From Nitrosopumilus sp. (lineage in GTDB: Archaea > Thermoproteota > Nitrososphaeria > Nitrososphaerales > Nitrosopumilaceae): a stretch of 64,000 bases of DNA. Below, one piece after another: positions 29,050 to 40,953 of the stretch. The stretch spans positions 1,504,001-1,568,000 of the forward strand of contig OZ245003.1 in assembly GCA_965223425.1 (NCBI GenBank). The letters are read 5' to 3'. The notes beneath the pieces were generated by a model, which was not told the origin of the DNA, ran no database searches, and saw only the letters and a program-made list of their open reading frames with translations. Both the position numbers and the translations under genes were made by a program. Position 1 is the stretch's first letter, and each line of letters begins with the position of its first letter.

Positions 29050-30072
29050 ATGGGACTGAACCTAAAGGATTTGGTAGCAAGGGAGAAAACAACTTTGGAG
29101 GCATTTTCAACCAAAATAATTGCAATTGATGCATACAATGCAATATACCAATTTCTTGCAAGTATCAGAGGCCCTGATGGACTACAGTTATCAGATTCGG
29201 AGGGAAGAATCACAAGTCATCTAAGTGGACTCCTTTACAGAAATGTCAATTTTTTGTCTTTAGGAATAAAACCAGTTTACGTCTTTGATGGAAAACCACC
29301 GTCATTAAAAACAGCAGAAATTGAGCGCAGAAAGCAGATCAAAAAAGATGCAACTGTCAAATACGAAAAAGCAATCGCCGAAGGAAACATGGAAGACGCT
29401 AGAAAATATGCACAACAAACAACTAGTATGAAAGACGGGATGGTAAAAGAATCAAAACAGTTTTTGACATATTTTGGCATTCCATACATAGAAGCGCCAT
29501 CAGAGGGGGAGGCAACGGCTGCACATCTAACAAACACAGGGCAAGCGTATGCTTCTGCAAGTCAAGATTTTGATTCTATCCTGTGCGGTGCAAAAAGACT
29601 GGTGAGAAATTTTACAAACAGTGGACGAAGAAAAATACCAAACAAAAATACCTACATCGATATTGTTCCAGAAATAATTGAAACGCAAAAAACACTAGAT
29701 GCATTACAACTAACAAGAGAAGAGTTAATTGATGTTGGAATTTTAATCGGAACTGATTTTAATCCAAATGGCTTTGACAGAATTGGACCAAAGACTGCGC
29801 TAAAAATGATAAAACAGCATTCAAGACTAGAAGACATTCCACAAATTCAAGAACAACTACAAGAAATTGATTTTCAGCAAATACGAAAAATCTTTTTGAA
29901 TCCGGAAGTAAGTGATGTGGATGAAATTGTTTTTGGGAAAGTTGATTATGAAGAAGTCACAAATTACTTGGTAAAGGAAAGAAGCTTTTCAGAAGACAGA
30001 GTTCAATCAACTCTGAACAGACTAAAAAAAGCCCTGGAAAAAAAGAGTCAAAACCTAGATCAATGGTTTTAG
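29050..30072 (+). CDS. fen: Flap endonuclease 1
   Basis: IDAYN, VFDGKPP, EGEA, SQDFD, GTDFN, IGPKTA. Confidence 0.97.
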   Translation: MGLNLKDLVAREKTTLEAFSTKIIAIDAYNAIYQFLASIRGPDGLQLSDSEGRITSHLSGLLYRNVNFLSLGIKPVYVFDGKPPSLKTAEIERRKQIKKDATVKYEKAIAEGNMEDARKYAQQTTSMKDGMVKESKQFLTYFGIPYIEAPSEGEATAAHLTNTGQAYASASQDFDSILCGAKRLVRNFTNSGRRKIPNKNTYIDIVPEIIETQKTLDALQLTREELIDVGILIGTDFNPNGFDRIGPKTALKMIKQHSRLEDIPQIQEQLQEIDFQQIRKIFLNPEVSDVDEIVFGKVDYEEVTNYLVKERSFSEDRVQSTLNRLKKALEKKSQNLDQWF

Positions 30073-30111
30073 AAATTTTAATTTAATAACTAGATAATTT
30101 AATTTTAGAAG

Positions 30112-30645
30112 ATGCCTCAAACAGAAGCAAGAAAGACGCTAAAAGACGCTCCTGTGATGTGGAGGAGGATAAACTCGATTGGAATAATTCTAGATTGTAA
30201 CTCCACGTATGCGGCCAACCTAGGATATGCCAAATCAGAGATTCTAGGCAGGCCAATTTTTGAACACGTGCCTAAAGAGTCGTGGGAGGCCATGAATGAT
30301 TCTCTTAAAACATGGTTTGAGACAGGAAAAGTTACTGACAGGAAAATTACTTTCAAGAGACAGGATGGGAGTACATTTTCAGGATTGTTACAAGCCACAA
30401 GCATCTATGATGAGAATAAAAATTTGATTGGAAGCAACACCATTATTTTTAATTTGACACAAATGGGCGAAGGGGAAATAAAAGTGTATGAAGAATTTTT
30501 CAAAAAAGCAAATACAAAACTAGATGAAATCAAAGAAAAAGAATATGATCAGTTAGATAAGAACTCAAAATCAGAATACGATGGACTCAAAAAAATGTTT
30601 GAGATGATTTCCAGTACGGATTTAAAAGAGTTGAAGACCCAATGA
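30112..30645 (+). CDS. PAS domain protein
   Basis: ILDCN..YA..LGY...EILG, KRQDGS PAS signature. Confidence 0.8.
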   Translation: MPQTEARKTLKDAPVMWRRINSIGIILDCNSTYAANLGYAKSEILGRPIFEHVPKESWEAMNDSLKTWFETGKVTDRKITFKRQDGSTFSGLLQATSIYDENKNLIGSNTIIFNLTQMGEGEIKVYEEFFKKANTKLDEIKEKEYDQLDKNSKSEYDGLKKMFEMISSTDLKELKTQ

Positions 30646-30646
30646 A

Positions 30647-32569
30647 TCATTTTGAATTGTCTTTAACTGATTTTTGAAGTTCATCAAATGCACTCTGCAC
30701 TTCAGTTACAGCTGTCCCATCCTCTAAAGTACTTACATCTCCAATTTTTTCATTATTAGCAATTGCCTTTAGCAATCGTCGCATGATTTTTCCACTACGT
30801 GTCTTTGGAAGTTTTGTTACAAAATAGATTTGTTTGGGAGTTGCAATTGCGCCAATATCCTCTCGTATTTTATACGAAAGTTCTTGTTCTAACACATCAG
30901 GGCTTGTTGTCACATTTTGTTTTAGGACAACAAATGAAATAATTGCCTCACCTTTGACTTCGTCAGGAATTCCACACACTGCAGATTCTGCCACATCAGG
31001 ATGAGACACAACGCAGCTCTCAAGTTCTGCAGTTCCTATTCTGTGTCCTGCCACTTTAAGCACATCATCTGCACGTCCAAGTAGCCAAACATATCCATCA
31101 TCGTCTTTTAGTGCATAATCACCAGGATAGTAGCAGTTTTCATATTTTGACCAATAAACGGTTTTGTATTTTTCATCATCGCCCCACAGCGTCAAAAGCA
31201 TTCCAGGCCACGGATTTTTAATTACAAGATAGCCTTTTGTGTTTGGGGGCACGTCGGTTCCAGATTCATCAACTACGGCAATATTCATGCCTGGAATTGG
31301 ACGAGTACCAGAACCTGGCTTGAGCGGAATTGTCTCCAGACCAGGCAGAGGGGAAATCAAGATCCCTCCGGTTTCAGTTTGCCACCACGTATCAACAATT
31401 GGGCATTTTTCTTTTCCAATAGTCTTGAAATACCACCTCCATACCTCCGGATTAATTGGTTCTCCCACAGTTCCAAGTAATCGTAACGAAGAAAGATCAA
31501 AAGAGTTTGGAAGATCGTCGCCAAATTTCATAAACATTCGAAGAGCAGTTGGAGTAGTGTAAAAAATTGTAGCTTTGTATTTTTGTAAGATATCCCACAT
31601 TCTTGATGCATCAGGGTAGTCAGGTGCGCCTTCGTAGATTATTTCAGTGGCACCATGAAGTAGCGGGGCATAAACAACATAGCTATGACCAGTGACCCAG
31701 CCAATATCAGCAGTGCAAAAAAAGATATCAGAATCTTTGATGTCAAATGCCCACTTGAATGTAGAATGTAAATGAGTAAGATACCCACCAGTGCCATGCA
31801 GAACTCCTTTTGGTTTTCCCGTGGTTCCGGAGGTATACAATATGTAAAGGGGATGATTGCTGTCTAATTTTTCTGCATCACAAGAATCAGAAATGTTGTC
31901 CATCAGATCATTCCAAAATTTATCTTTTGATGTCATGGAGATTTCATTGTTTGTTCTATTAAGAACTATGACATGCTGCACAAAATCAAAATCTTTGATT
32001 GCATCATCAATTACATCTTTGAGTTTAACAATTTTTCCTCTCCTGTAGCCGCCATCAGCAGTAATTATGACTCTGGATCTTGAATCGCCAACTCTGTCAC
32101 GTATTGATGCTGCACTAAATCCTGAAAATACCACAGTGTGTGTTGCGCCAATTCTGGCACACGCCAACATTGCAATTGGTAATTCGGGAACCATGGGCAA
32201 ATAGATTGTAATCCTATCGCCTTTTTTGACACCAAGTGATTTTAGGACATTGGCGAATTTTTTGACTTGTACAAGCATATCGTGGTATGTCAGTATCCTG
32301 GATTCGCCATTTTCTCCTTCCCATAATATGGCAGGCTTGTTGGACTTGGTATTCTGATGGACATCTAGGGCATTATATGATGCATTAATTGTGCCTCCGA
32401 CAAACCATTTAGCAAACGGAGCTTGCCAGTCCAAGACCTTTTTCCAAGGAGAAAACCAAGTTAGATCTTCTGCTTGTTTTTCCCAAAAAGATACAAAATC
32501 AGAATCAGCGCTTTCTCTTATACTAGAATCGTTGTTTCCAAGGCCAATATTGTATGTCTCAGACATCAA
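30647..32569 (-). CDS. acs: Acetyl-CoA synthetase (AMP-forming)
   Basis: YTSGTTGKPKG, DTWWQTETG, PKTRSGKIMRR. Confidence 0.95.
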   Translation of the reverse strand: MMSETYNIGLGNNDSSIRESADSDFVSFWEKQAEDLTWFSPWKKVLDWQAPFAKWFVGGTINASYNALDVHQNTKSNKPAILWEGENGESRILTYHDMLVQVKKFANVLKSLGVKKGDRITIYLPMVPELPIAMLACARIGATHTVVFSGFSAASIRDRVGDSRSRVIITADGGYRRGKIVKLKDVIDDAIKDFDFVQHVIVLNRTNNEISMTSKDKFWNDLMDNISDSCDAEKLDSNHPLYILYTSGTTGKPKGVLHGTGGYLTHLHSTFKWAFDIKDSDIFFCTADIGWVTGHSYVVYAPLLHGATEIIYEGAPDYPDASRMWDILQKYKATIFYTTPTALRMFMKFGDDLPNSFDLSSLRLLGTVGEPINPEVWRWYFKTIGKEKCPIVDTWWQTETGGILISPLPGLETIPLKPGSGTRPIPGMNIAVVDESGTDVPPNTKGYLVIKNPWPGMLLTLWGDDEKYKTVYWSKYENCYYPGDYALKDDDGYVWLLGRADDVLKVAGHRIGTAELESCVVSHPDVAESAVCGIPDEVKGEAIISFVVLKQNVTTSPDVLEQELSYKIREDIGAIATPKQIYFVTKLPKTRSGKIMRRLLKAIANNEKIGDVSTLEDGTAVTEVQSAFDELQKSVKDNSK

Positions 32570-32622
32570 AAAATGTATGGACGTAGATCTTTCTAAATGT
32601 TAAAAAAAATAAAATAAAAAAA

Positions 32623-33507
32623 TTATTGTGCTTCCATTCTAGCAAGCCAGTCGTTATCACTGTCTTCTTTTGGAGTTTCTGATTTCACCTGTTCGGGTGG
32701 CTCTGGGAATGCAGTTGACACTTCAGTTTCAGCTGGAGATTCAGGTGTTGGTCGAGTCTCTGTTTGAATTGGTTCTGAAGGTGTGACTATTGGTTCTGTT
32801 GGTGCTTCTGGAAGTATTGACTGAACTACTTGTTGTTGTTGTGGTTCAGGAGTCTCCAGATATGAAACGGCTGATTCTTGGATGTTTTGTTGTGGCGGAG
32901 CTGTTGCCTCTTGCACTTCCAAATCAAGATCTGCAATTCTACTCTTTACATTTGCAATTTCTGCGGTTTCGTGAGTAATCCGCTCAATTACTGCATTTGT
33001 GCATGATTTCACGGTATCAAATGTTGCACTAGAGATTTCATTGCTCTTGGTTTGTACCTTTGCATCAAATAACAACATCTTTGCGGACTTCATTTCGTCA
33101 TCTAACTCAGTCAATCTTGCCTCAAGTTTGGCTTTGATCTCATTTTCTGTTTCATCTAATGTTACAAGTTTTGACTTGTATTTTTCATGAATGATTTCTG
33201 CATCTTCTTTCATTTCATCATTTTCAGAAACAATGTCAATCAAGGCCTTTAGACGACGTAGAGTTAGTTGTTTTTCACGAACGAGTCTTTGAGAGTCAAG
33301 TCTCCATTTTGGAATAAAAATAACAACATCACCTTGAACTACTAGCTGCTCATACTGGATTTGCTGTAATCCCTGAGAACCAGCGTCAATACCAACGGAT
33401 TGAATGCTACCGTCGATGTCAGTTATTGTTCCTACGACTTTACCCATGAATGTTCCATACATGTCTTTGACGTTCTTACCGATAATATCGATTTCGTCGT
33501 GGGTCAT
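32623..33507 (-). CDS. cdvA: Cell division protein CdvA
   Basis: N-terminal PRC-barrel (GKNVKDMYG), coiled coil, Pro/Glu-rich tail. Confidence 0.8.
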   Translation of the reverse strand: MTHDEIDIIGKNVKDMYGTFMGKVVGTITDIDGSIQSVGIDAGSQGLQQIQYEQLVVQGDVVIFIPKWRLDSQRLVREKQLTLRRLKALIDIVSENDEMKEDAEIIHEKYKSKLVTLDETENEIKAKLEARLTELDDEMKSAKMLLFDAKVQTKSNEISSATFDTVKSCTNAVIERITHETAEIANVKSRIADLDLEVQEATAPPQQNIQESAVSYLETPEPQQQQVVQSILPEAPTEPIVTPSEPIQTETRPTPESPAETEVSTAFPEPPEQVKSETPKEDSDNDWLARMEAQ

Positions 33508-33640
33508 GTGAGGTAATTATGGGATTTGTATAACCGACAAAGTGTAAGAAATGTTTTTAGTTTTAGTAAGATTATTTTCACTAACTCAGAATCACTTGGT
33601 TTTTAGTAATTTTAAAATTTAGAGGGGTGATAGTAGGCTC

Positions 33641-33934
33641 ATGATTCAAAGAGAAGAACTTGAACAAATTCTGAATTTTGTGGCAAAAAGATGGATGGAG
33701 GTTACGCAAGATCCAAACAGCAAACCTATGGAAAATTTACCGAGTGATTTTTGGATGAATTCTGTTGGCGGAAAAACTGCAAAAAATGGTTTTTGGGTTA
33801 CGTCGTTAATGTATACGGAAAATGAAGCTGATGCGGCAAATTTCAAAGAAGTGTTGCTAAGATGGCAAACCAAAGGACAGGACAAAGACAGGGACAAAGG
33901 TCCCGATCTAATTCAGATTGGGAAAAAGAAATAG
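33641..33934 (+). CDS. Hypothetical protein
   Basis: 97-aa ORF with GGTGA-type RBS upstream. Confidence 0.6.
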   Translation: MIQREELEQILNFVAKRWMEVTQDPNSKPMENLPSDFWMNSVGGKTAKNGFWVTSLMYTENEADAANFKEVLLRWQTKGQDKDRDKGPDLIQIGKKK

Positions 33935-33945
33935 ACTATTAATAA

Positions 33946-35583
33946 TTGAAAAGCTGGACACAGTTATTGTCAGAATTTTCAATTAAAGAAAAAAAGATTC
34001 TATCAGATCACTTTTCAAATACAGATGGCAGCGTGTTTGCCATAATTACACCCAGACAAGTTGATCGTGGAGCTTTGATGTCAAGGTACAGTAGAACTGA
34101 CAAAAGCATGAGACGGATTTTTCTTGACGAGTTTTTAAAAAATAAAAACAGAGGAGAGGAATTTTACAACAGGGTGCTTTTAGAATATGGCGATGATTCG
34201 GTTGCAGAATTAGGTGAAGCACAAATTGCAATTGAAGGATTATCAAATATCGCAGTAAAAAAAATTGAAGACAGGCGAATTGGTCTGTCATATCTAGAAA
34301 AATCATCAAGATATGTCGCATGGAATAAAAAAGAAAAAGGGAAATACAGATTTTATAGAGACTCTGAAATTATGAAATCAAGGTTTGCAGACATGTATGA
34401 AGGTGCATGTAATTTTTCATTTGATGTTTATTCAAGAAACATAGAGCCAATGATAAGTTATGTTCGAGAAAAATATCCCATAGAAAAATATAGTTTCAAA
34501 GACTCCATTGACGGAAGAGAAAAACTTTTTTCCAAGTTAAAAAGAGAGGGGGACGTAAAATCTGCCAACATGATTTACAGAGGATCAACAAAAGCTAAAG
34601 CGTTAGATATTCTTAGAGGACTACTGCCCGCATCGACTCTAACAAATGTTGGAATTACCGGAAACGGCCGTGCATTTGAATACCTACTAACAGTTTTAGG
34701 CGCATCAGAGCTAAAAGAAGAGCAGGATTTAGCCTCAAAAATCAAAAAAGAACTTGAAACTACCATAAAATCGTTTGTTAGAAGGGCAGACGATAAATAC
34801 GGAAAGAAGTTTCAAAAATACCTAAGGGACGTTAAAAATAAATCAAAATCAATTGCTGCCAAGCAAATTAAAACAAAACCAACGATAGGAGCAGCTACAA
34901 AACTTGTGGACTATGAATCAGAAAAAAACGCACTAGATAAGATCATCACCAGCATAATATACGAACAATCACCAAGTACGTCATATCAAAATATTTTGCA
35001 GCAAGTTAAAAAAGCATCAAAACAAAACAAGATCAAAATTATTCATGAGTTCACAAAACTCAGAACAAATAGACGACATAGACCATCACGGGCATTTGAA
35101 ACTGTTTACTATACATTTGATTTATGCAATAACTTTGGAATGTTCAGAGATTTTCACAGACACAGGGCATTAACACTTGAAAGGCAGTTATTAACGACTG
35201 ATCACGGATATAGCGTACCAAATGAGATTAAAACTTTGGGAATTGAAAGCGATTTTAAAGATTGCATGAATAAAACCAGAGATGCATTTAACGAGATTAG
35301 AAAAAAATATCCAGAACAAGGACAGTATGTTGTCAACTTTGCATACAACTACCCATATTTTATGAAGTTTAATCTGCGAGAAGCTTGCCACCTTATAGAA
35401 TTAAGAACCGTGCCGCAAGGACATGTGGATTACAGACGCGTTGCACAGCAAATGTTCAGACAGATAAACAAAGTTCACCCCAACTTGAGCAAAATTATGA
35501 GATTTGTAGATTTAAAAGAATATGATTTGGAGCGGTTTGAATCAGAAAAACGAACTGAGGAGAAGAAAAAAGAATTAAAATAG
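33946..35583 (+). CDS. thyX: FAD-dependent thymidylate synthase (tandem ThyX domains)
   Basis: [25 protein letters not shown]. Confidence 0.9.
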   Translation: MKSWTQLLSEFSIKEKKILSDHFSNTDGSVFAIITPRQVDRGALMSRYSRTDKSMRRIFLDEFLKNKNRGEEFYNRVLLEYGDDSVAELGEAQIAIEGLSNIAVKKIEDRRIGLSYLEKSSRYVAWNKKEKGKYRFYRDSEIMKSRFADMYEGACNFSFDVYSRNIEPMISYVREKYPIEKYSFKDSIDGREKLFSKLKREGDVKSANMIYRGSTKAKALDILRGLLPASTLTNVGITGNGRAFEYLLTVLGASELKEEQDLASKIKKELETTIKSFVRRADDKYGKKFQKYLRDVKNKSKSIAAKQIKTKPTIGAATKLVDYESEKNALDKIITSIIYEQSPSTSYQNILQQVKKASKQNKIKIIHEFTKLRTNRRHRPSRAFETVYYTFDLCNNFGMFRDFHRHRALTLERQLLTTDHGYSVPNEIKTLGIESDFKDCMNKTRDAFNEIRKKYPEQGQYVVNFAYNYPYFMKFNLREACHLIELRTVPQGHVDYRRVAQQMFRQINKVHPNLSKIMRFVDLKEYDLERFESEKRTEEKKKELK

Positions 35584-35619
35584 AAAAATATTCTAATATC
35601 AAATAAAACAACCCAAGTC

Positions 35620-36036
35620 ATGGCAGAAAAAATCAGAAAAACTCCTGAAGAGTGGAAAAAAGAACTGACACCAGAACAATACGAAATTTGCATTAACCAC
35701 GGAACAGAACCTCCATTTTCTGGGAAATATAACAGCAGTAAGCTAGACGGTGCCTTCAAATGCACATGTTGTGGCGAAAAACTTTTTTCATCAGATGCAA
35801 AGTTTGATTCGGGTTCAGGATGGCCGAGTTTCTGGAAACCAATTAATGGTGAAAAAATAGAGTATATTTCAGACACAACACATGGAATGACCCGTACAGA
35901 AGTCAATTGTAACAAGTGTGGCGCACATCTGGGCCATGTATTTGACGATGGGCCGCAGCCCACGAACAGGAGATATTGCATCAATTCCATCTCATTGCAA
36001 CATGAAAAAGATGAAGAAAAATTTGATTGCTTGTAA
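35620..36036 (+). CDS. msrB: Methionine-R-sulfoxide reductase
   Basis: [30 protein letters not shown]. Confidence 0.97.
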   Translation: MAEKIRKTPEEWKKELTPEQYEICINHGTEPPFSGKYNSSKLDGAFKCTCCGEKLFSSDAKFDSGSGWPSFWKPINGEKIEYISDTTHGMTRTEVNCNKCGAHLGHVFDDGPQPTNRRYCINSISLQHEKDEEKFDCL

Positions 36037-36095
36037 CAAAACGTTTTTAGAAAACACAATTAATGATAAGAAAATCAAAAGAGAAGTGAAATGGT

Positions 36096-37106
36096 TTGAG
36101 AATAATATTATGTGGGTTTGGTGTTGTAGGTCAAAGCTTGGTGAAATTGTTTGATTCAAGGGCAGAAGATCTGTATGCAAAATATGGGTTAAAACCAAGG
36201 GTGGTAGGGGTGTTTGACAGTAAAGGAAGCGCAGTAGATTCATCAGGGCTGGAATTTAGCAAACTAGTCAAAGCGAAGAAAAAGTTTGGAACCGTAAAAA
36301 ATTATGCTGACACAAAAAATACAATGTCTGGAATTGAGATGCTAAAAAATGTCGAAGCAGACGTGCTGATTGAAACTACTGCAAGCAATTACAAGGATGC
36401 AGAGCCTGGAATGACCCACATCACGACTGCCATGAAAAAAGGCATACATGTGATCTCTGTAAATAAGGGCCCTCTAGCATTGGCATTTCCATCACTTGTG
36501 GAACTTGCCACATACAATCAAGTGATGCTAAAATTTAGTGGTACAGTAGGAGGAGGAACCCCAATTATAGATTATGCAAAAAACAGTCTCAGTGGAGAAA
36601 GAATAACGTCGTTTGCCGGAATCCTAAACGGAACCACAAACTACATCTTATCAAATATGGCTACAGGGCTATCTTTTGATGAAGCACTCAAAGATGCCAA
36701 GGACAAGGGATACGTAGAGGCTGATGAATCTTTAGACTTGGACGGACTGGATGCAGCTGCCAAACTGGTAATTCTTGCAAACTGGATAATGGGGATGAAA
36801 GTTACAATGCCTGATATCAACTGTACAGGAATACGAAGAGTCACAACAGAGGACATCAAAAAAGCGGACAAAAACAATTGTTCAGTGAAATTAATTGCAT
36901 CATGCAACAAAGAACTCGCTGTAAGTCCAAAGGAGGTATCAAATGATGATCCGCTTTGTGTAAATGGAACGCTAAATGCAATTGCATTTACTTCAGAACA
37001 TTCAGGCACTCAAACTATTATTGGGAAGGGAGCCGGCGGCATGGAGACTGCAAGTTCCATTCTAAGAGACTTGTTAGACATCAGACAAGAGATTGCAAGA
37101 ACTTGA
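36096..37106 (+). CDS. hom: Homoserine dehydrogenase
   Basis: GFGVVG, NKGPL, TVGGGTP, GILNGTTN. Confidence 0.95.
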   Translation: MRIILCGFGVVGQSLVKLFDSRAEDLYAKYGLKPRVVGVFDSKGSAVDSSGLEFSKLVKAKKKFGTVKNYADTKNTMSGIEMLKNVEADVLIETTASNYKDAEPGMTHITTAMKKGIHVISVNKGPLALAFPSLVELATYNQVMLKFSGTVGGGTPIIDYAKNSLSGERITSFAGILNGTTNYILSNMATGLSFDEALKDAKDKGYVEADESLDLDGLDAAAKLVILANWIMGMKVTMPDINCTGIRRVTTEDIKKADKNNCSVKLIASCNKELAVSPKEVSNDDPLCVNGTLNAIAFTSEHSGTQTIIGKGAGGMETASSILRDLLDIRQEIART

Positions 37107-37579
37107 AATCAAATCTAATCTCAAAGAGCGAAACATCAGCACTCCTAAAAACAGTCTCAGAAAGATGGGGGATGGAATTGCCCAAAATCAAGAACCTAAA
37201 AGTCCATCAGATTTTGGATGACGCCCAAATTATAACAGGCGGAGGAATGAAGATATTGAAGGTTGATGAGGATTATTTGCCATTTCTATCAGAAACTGAG
37301 ACATTAGAAAGATTCCCAAACGTCATGGTGGATATGGGCGCTGTAAAATTCATGTGCAAAGGTGCAAACGTTATGAGACCGGGAATTAAAAAGTTTACAG
37401 AATTTGAAAAAGACAAACTTGTTTGCATCATAGAAGAGTCCCAACACAAGTTTTTGGCAGTGGGAAAGGCAATGGTCAGCAGCTCAGAATTAGAAAGTAT
37501 GGAAAAGGGGGAGGTGGTAAAAAACATTCATTACATTTCTGATAAATTTTGGGAAACTGGAAAAACGATTTACGATTAA
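37103..37579 (+). CDS. PUA-domain RNA-binding protein
   Basis: VDMGAVKFMCKGANVMRPG; TTG start overlapping the hom stop. Confidence 0.85.
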   Translation: MKSNLISKSETSALLKTVSERWGMELPKIKNLKVHQILDDAQIITGGGMKILKVDEDYLPFLSETETLERFPNVMVDMGAVKFMCKGANVMRPGIKKFTEFEKDKLVCIIEESQHKFLAVGKAMVSSSELESMEKGEVVKNIHYISDKFWETGKTIYD

Positions 37580-38176
37580 CTATTTGATTTCTTCAGTAAA
37601 CTCTTCGGTTCCATCACTAGTGATCACAAGAACATCCAAGCCATCACCACTTGCAGAATCTCTCAGGGCAGCTGAGCGAACAGCACGTTTTGCCAAATCA
37701 ATTGCCTCGTCTTTAGTCATGTCTTTTTTGAATTGGGGATCTAAGACGCCCAATGCCATTTCAGCGCCTGTTCCAACTGCGGCATATTCATCAGGAAGAA
37801 CAGAACCTAGCGGATCAAGGGTATACATAATTGGCTTGTCAACGACCCCACCAACAATTACCTGAGTTAGCAATGGGAAATATCTTCTCTCATACATCAT
37901 ATTTGACATCATTTTAGCGACAGTGTTAGGAGGAACATCTCTTTTGAGCTCCATTTTTCTAATTTTTGCAAGTGCTGCAATCTGTAGTGATAGAATTTGC
38001 ATGTCTGCTACAAGTCCGGCGCAGGTTGCGCCTACTTTAGGAGTGATAGGGAATGTTTTCTTGGTAGATTTGCTCACAAGGAAATTTCCAAATGCAATTC
38101 TTTTTTCACTGGCAAAAACCACGCCGTCATCAAATGTAATTCCAACAGCAGTTGCTCCTGGCATATACATTGACAT
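37580..38176 (-). CDS. psmB: Proteasome beta subunit
   Basis: GATAVG, GLVADMQ, RDSASGDG. Confidence 0.95.
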   Translation of the reverse strand: MSMYMPGATAVGITFDDGVVFASEKRIAFGNFLVSKSTKKTFPITPKVGATCAGLVADMQILSLQIAALAKIRKMELKRDVPPNTVAKMMSNMMYERRYFPLLTQVIVGGVVDKPIMYTLDPLGSVLPDEYAAVGTGAEMALGVLDPQFKKDMTKDEAIDLAKRAVRSAALRDSASGDGLDVLVITSDGTEEFTEEIK

Positions 38177-38273
38177 GATTCAAATAATTTTGTGGCATAA
38201 TAAAGGGTTTTCTACATTCCACGTATGATTTATGAGCAAAATGGTTATAATACTGAAAGTATAATGTAAGGTT

Positions 38274-38690
38274 ATGACCACGGCGGAGATTAGACAAAAA
38301 GTTCTTGACGATGTTGTCTTTATGGGTTTGAGATCAGCTATAGGCGTGATCTTTATCGTCCACGGCATGATGAAGTTTAATCCAGGATTCGCAGGAGCCT
38401 TGCCAAACATGGGACTGCCACCAGAGATGCAGATTCCAATTGCACTAGCTGAAGTCGTTCCGGGAGTTTTGCTAATCATAGGAATTCTTGGCAGATTGTC
38501 CACAGTGTTACTTTCAATAGTCATGCTTGGAGCAATTTTCCATGTCAAAGGAGCCCAAAGTTTAACTGGAGATGGAGGAGTAGAGATGGATTTGATTTTA
38601 CTTGCAGCACTACTGGTAATTATGATTGTGGGGCCGGGAAGAGTATCACTTGCACAGATTGTCAAAAAACTGCCAAGATGTCTTCACTGA
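38274..38690 (+). CDS. DoxX family membrane protein
   Basis: FIVHGMMK, GVEMD, GPGRVSL. Confidence 0.85.
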   Translation: MTTAEIRQKVLDDVVFMGLRSAIGVIFIVHGMMKFNPGFAGALPNMGLPPEMQIPIALAEVVPGVLLIIGILGRLSTVLLSIVMLGAIFHVKGAQSLTGDGGVEMDLILLAALLVIMIVGPGRVSLAQIVKKLPRCLH

Positions 38691-40048
38691 TTTTTTCCAA
38701 AGTTTTGCATAATCAAACACATACACTTTGTTGTTTTCTTTAGCAGGTCAACTCTAGCAAATTCATTAGGTGAGTGAATTCTAGAGAACATATATGTACT
38801 TCCAACTGCAATACATGGAGCTTTTAGAATATCAACAAATGGGTACATAGGGCCTGTTCCAGCGTTTGAAACATTTAGGATTGATTTTCCAAAAGACTTG
38901 TCAGCTGCTTCCTTAACTTGAGATACAAAGGGCTCTGAGGAGTTGATTCGAGCAGCTGCCTCACCGTGAAATATTTTGATTTTAACGTCTCCAAATCCTT
39001 TTGATTTTAAATGATTTTTTAATCTCATAACCTGCTTTTTTGGCTCCATCTTAGGCACTAACCTAAAATCAATCTTGGCCAAAGCATCACCTGGAAGAAC
39101 TGTTTTGGCACCATCGCCAGCATATCCGGATACAAAACCTGCGATGTTACAAGTTGCACCCCCAACTAAGGCCTTTTTTGCATCCAGCCCCTTTCTGCCA
39201 CCTACAAAAGACTTGATTCCAAATTCTCTTTTGAAGACACTTTCATCAAATGGTTCCTTACCAATCAATTTCAAATCCTGTTTTGAAAATGGAGTCACTT
39301 CTTTGTACCAGTCCTTTACGAGTATTTTTCCACTAGAATCTCGTAGTGTCATTACAGCCTCGATTAACCGCCATGCAGGATTTTTTATCAAGACTGCCAA
39401 GCTAGAATGTGCATCTTGAATTGCTTCTTTTACAGACAATTCAACAAATAGCAACCCCTTCATTCCAAGACCGATAATCGGTCGATTTTTTGCATCAACA
39501 TATCCAAATTCCCAGATAACGCCATCGCAGGAAAATTTCTTTTTGTATTTTTTTAGATATTCTTCAATGTGAGCACTGCCAGTCTCTTCTTCGCCTTCAA
39601 TTACAAATTTAATGTTACAAGGAACATCGCCAGTTGTTTTCAGATATGCCTCAACTGCCTTGATTCTTGTAATTAATTCACCTTTATCATCAGTGGCACC
39701 CCTGCCAAAAATTTTGTTGCCCCTCCTAGTTCCACTAAATGGAGGATCATCCCACAAATCAAATGGCTCGGCAGGTTGGACATCATAGTGATTGTAAAAC
39801 ATCAAAGTTTTTGCCGGGTTTTGTTTTGATCTTATTTCTCCATAAACAACAGGCGCAACCCCTTTTTTTAGCCGTAAAATTTCAGATTTCAATCCTGAAT
39901 TTTTTAATAGCTTCTGTACAAGTTTGGCACATTCCTCAATCCCCTCGTTTTTTGCAGAAACACTTGGTTGCCTGATTAGAGTTTGTAGATCTGAGATGAG
40001 GCCATTCATGTTAGAATCTATGTGTTTTAACGGATTCATGAAAATCAC
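38684..40048 (-). CDS. M20/M25/M40 metallo-dipeptidase
   Basis: HYDVQP, GRGATDDKG, EGEEETGS, HSPNE. Confidence 0.92.
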   Translation of the reverse strand: MIFMNPLKHIDSNMNGLISDLQTLIRQPSVSAKNEGIEECAKLVQKLLKNSGLKSEILRLKKGVAPVVYGEIRSKQNPAKTLMFYNHYDVQPAEPFDLWDDPPFSGTRRGNKIFGRGATDDKGELITRIKAVEAYLKTTGDVPCNIKFVIEGEEETGSAHIEEYLKKYKKKFSCDGVIWEFGYVDAKNRPIIGLGMKGLLFVELSVKEAIQDAHSSLAVLIKNPAWRLIEAVMTLRDSSGKILVKDWYKEVTPFSKQDLKLIGKEPFDESVFKREFGIKSFVGGRKGLDAKKALVGGATCNIAGFVSGYAGDGAKTVLPGDALAKIDFRLVPKMEPKKQVMRLKNHLKSKGFGDVKIKIFHGEAAARINSSEPFVSQVKEAADKSFGKSILNVSNAGTGPMYPFVDILKAPCIAVGSTYMFSRIHSPNEFARVDLLKKTTKCMCLIMQNFGKNQ

Positions 40049-40908
40049 ACAATTTTATCAAAAGGCCTCATTATAGTTGGAATTTCATCTAAAAGATCCA
40101 TGGGAGTCATGTGTAATCCCAATCTCCTTTGAACTGTTTTTCCAGCTAATCCGTTGATGAAGGCTGCTGCTGCTGCCGCTTCCAGAGCGTTTCTGTTCTT
40201 AGACAGCAATCCTGCAACTAACCCAGATAGAACATCGCCTGTTCCGCCAACTGTCATAGCAGGAATTTTTTTTTCATATAGAAAAGTAGTTGAGCCATTT
40301 GAGATTACATCTGTTGCACCTTTTAGTAGAATTGTGATCCCATGTTTCTTTGCGTTTTTTTCTACTAGTTTGACTCGTTCATTTTTTGAGTTAGAAGGGG
40401 GCTCTCCAAACAGTCGCTTGAATTCTCCAGCATGTGGAGTCACTACAACATTCTTGTTTGCCAAAAGTGGTAAAACTTCTGGAATTAGTGCACTTGCATC
40501 CAGAGATAATCTGACATCTCTATCTAAAAGAGATTTTACAAGATGTAGCAAAGAATTTTTTTCTTGTATTGCAAGACCCATCCCAATTGTTGCAGAATGA
40601 AGATTACGTGGTAGCGCCCCTACAAGTTTGTTTACAGCACCGCGGGTTAATTTTTGATCAACTAAAGGGATAACAATAAGATTTGGAGAGATTGCACGTG
40701 TTGAAGTCACGTTGATTTTTGGAACTGAAGTGTAAACTAGATCAGTTCCACATCGAAGTGCGGCAATCGAAGATAAAATAGGAGCGCCATGATAGATGTA
40801 ACTTCCGCCAATTACAAGAACAATTCCATTGTCGCCTTTGCGGGATTTGGCTTTTCTTGACGGAATGAATTTCTTTACCACAGATACTGAAAGATTCTTT
40901 GGTACCAT
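40045..40908 (-). CDS. nnrD: NAD(P)H-hydrate dehydratase
   Basis: KGDNG, TPHAGEF, GGTGDVLSG. Confidence 0.9.
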   Translation of the reverse strand: MVPKNLSVSVVKKFIPSRKAKSRKGDNGIVLVIGGSYIYHGAPILSSIAALRCGTDLVYTSVPKINVTSTRAISPNLIVIPLVDQKLTRGAVNKLVGALPRNLHSATIGMGLAIQEKNSLLHLVKSLLDRDVRLSLDASALIPEVLPLLANKNVVVTPHAGEFKRLFGEPPSNSKNERVKLVEKNAKKHGITILLKGATDVISNGSTTFLYEKKIPAMTVGGTGDVLSGLVAGLLSKNRNALEAAAAAAFINGLAGKTVQRRLGLHMTPMDLLDEIPTIMRPFDKIV

Positions 40909-40953
40909 ACAACATACTCTAAAAAATACTGGAATAAATCTTGTCTTGAATAA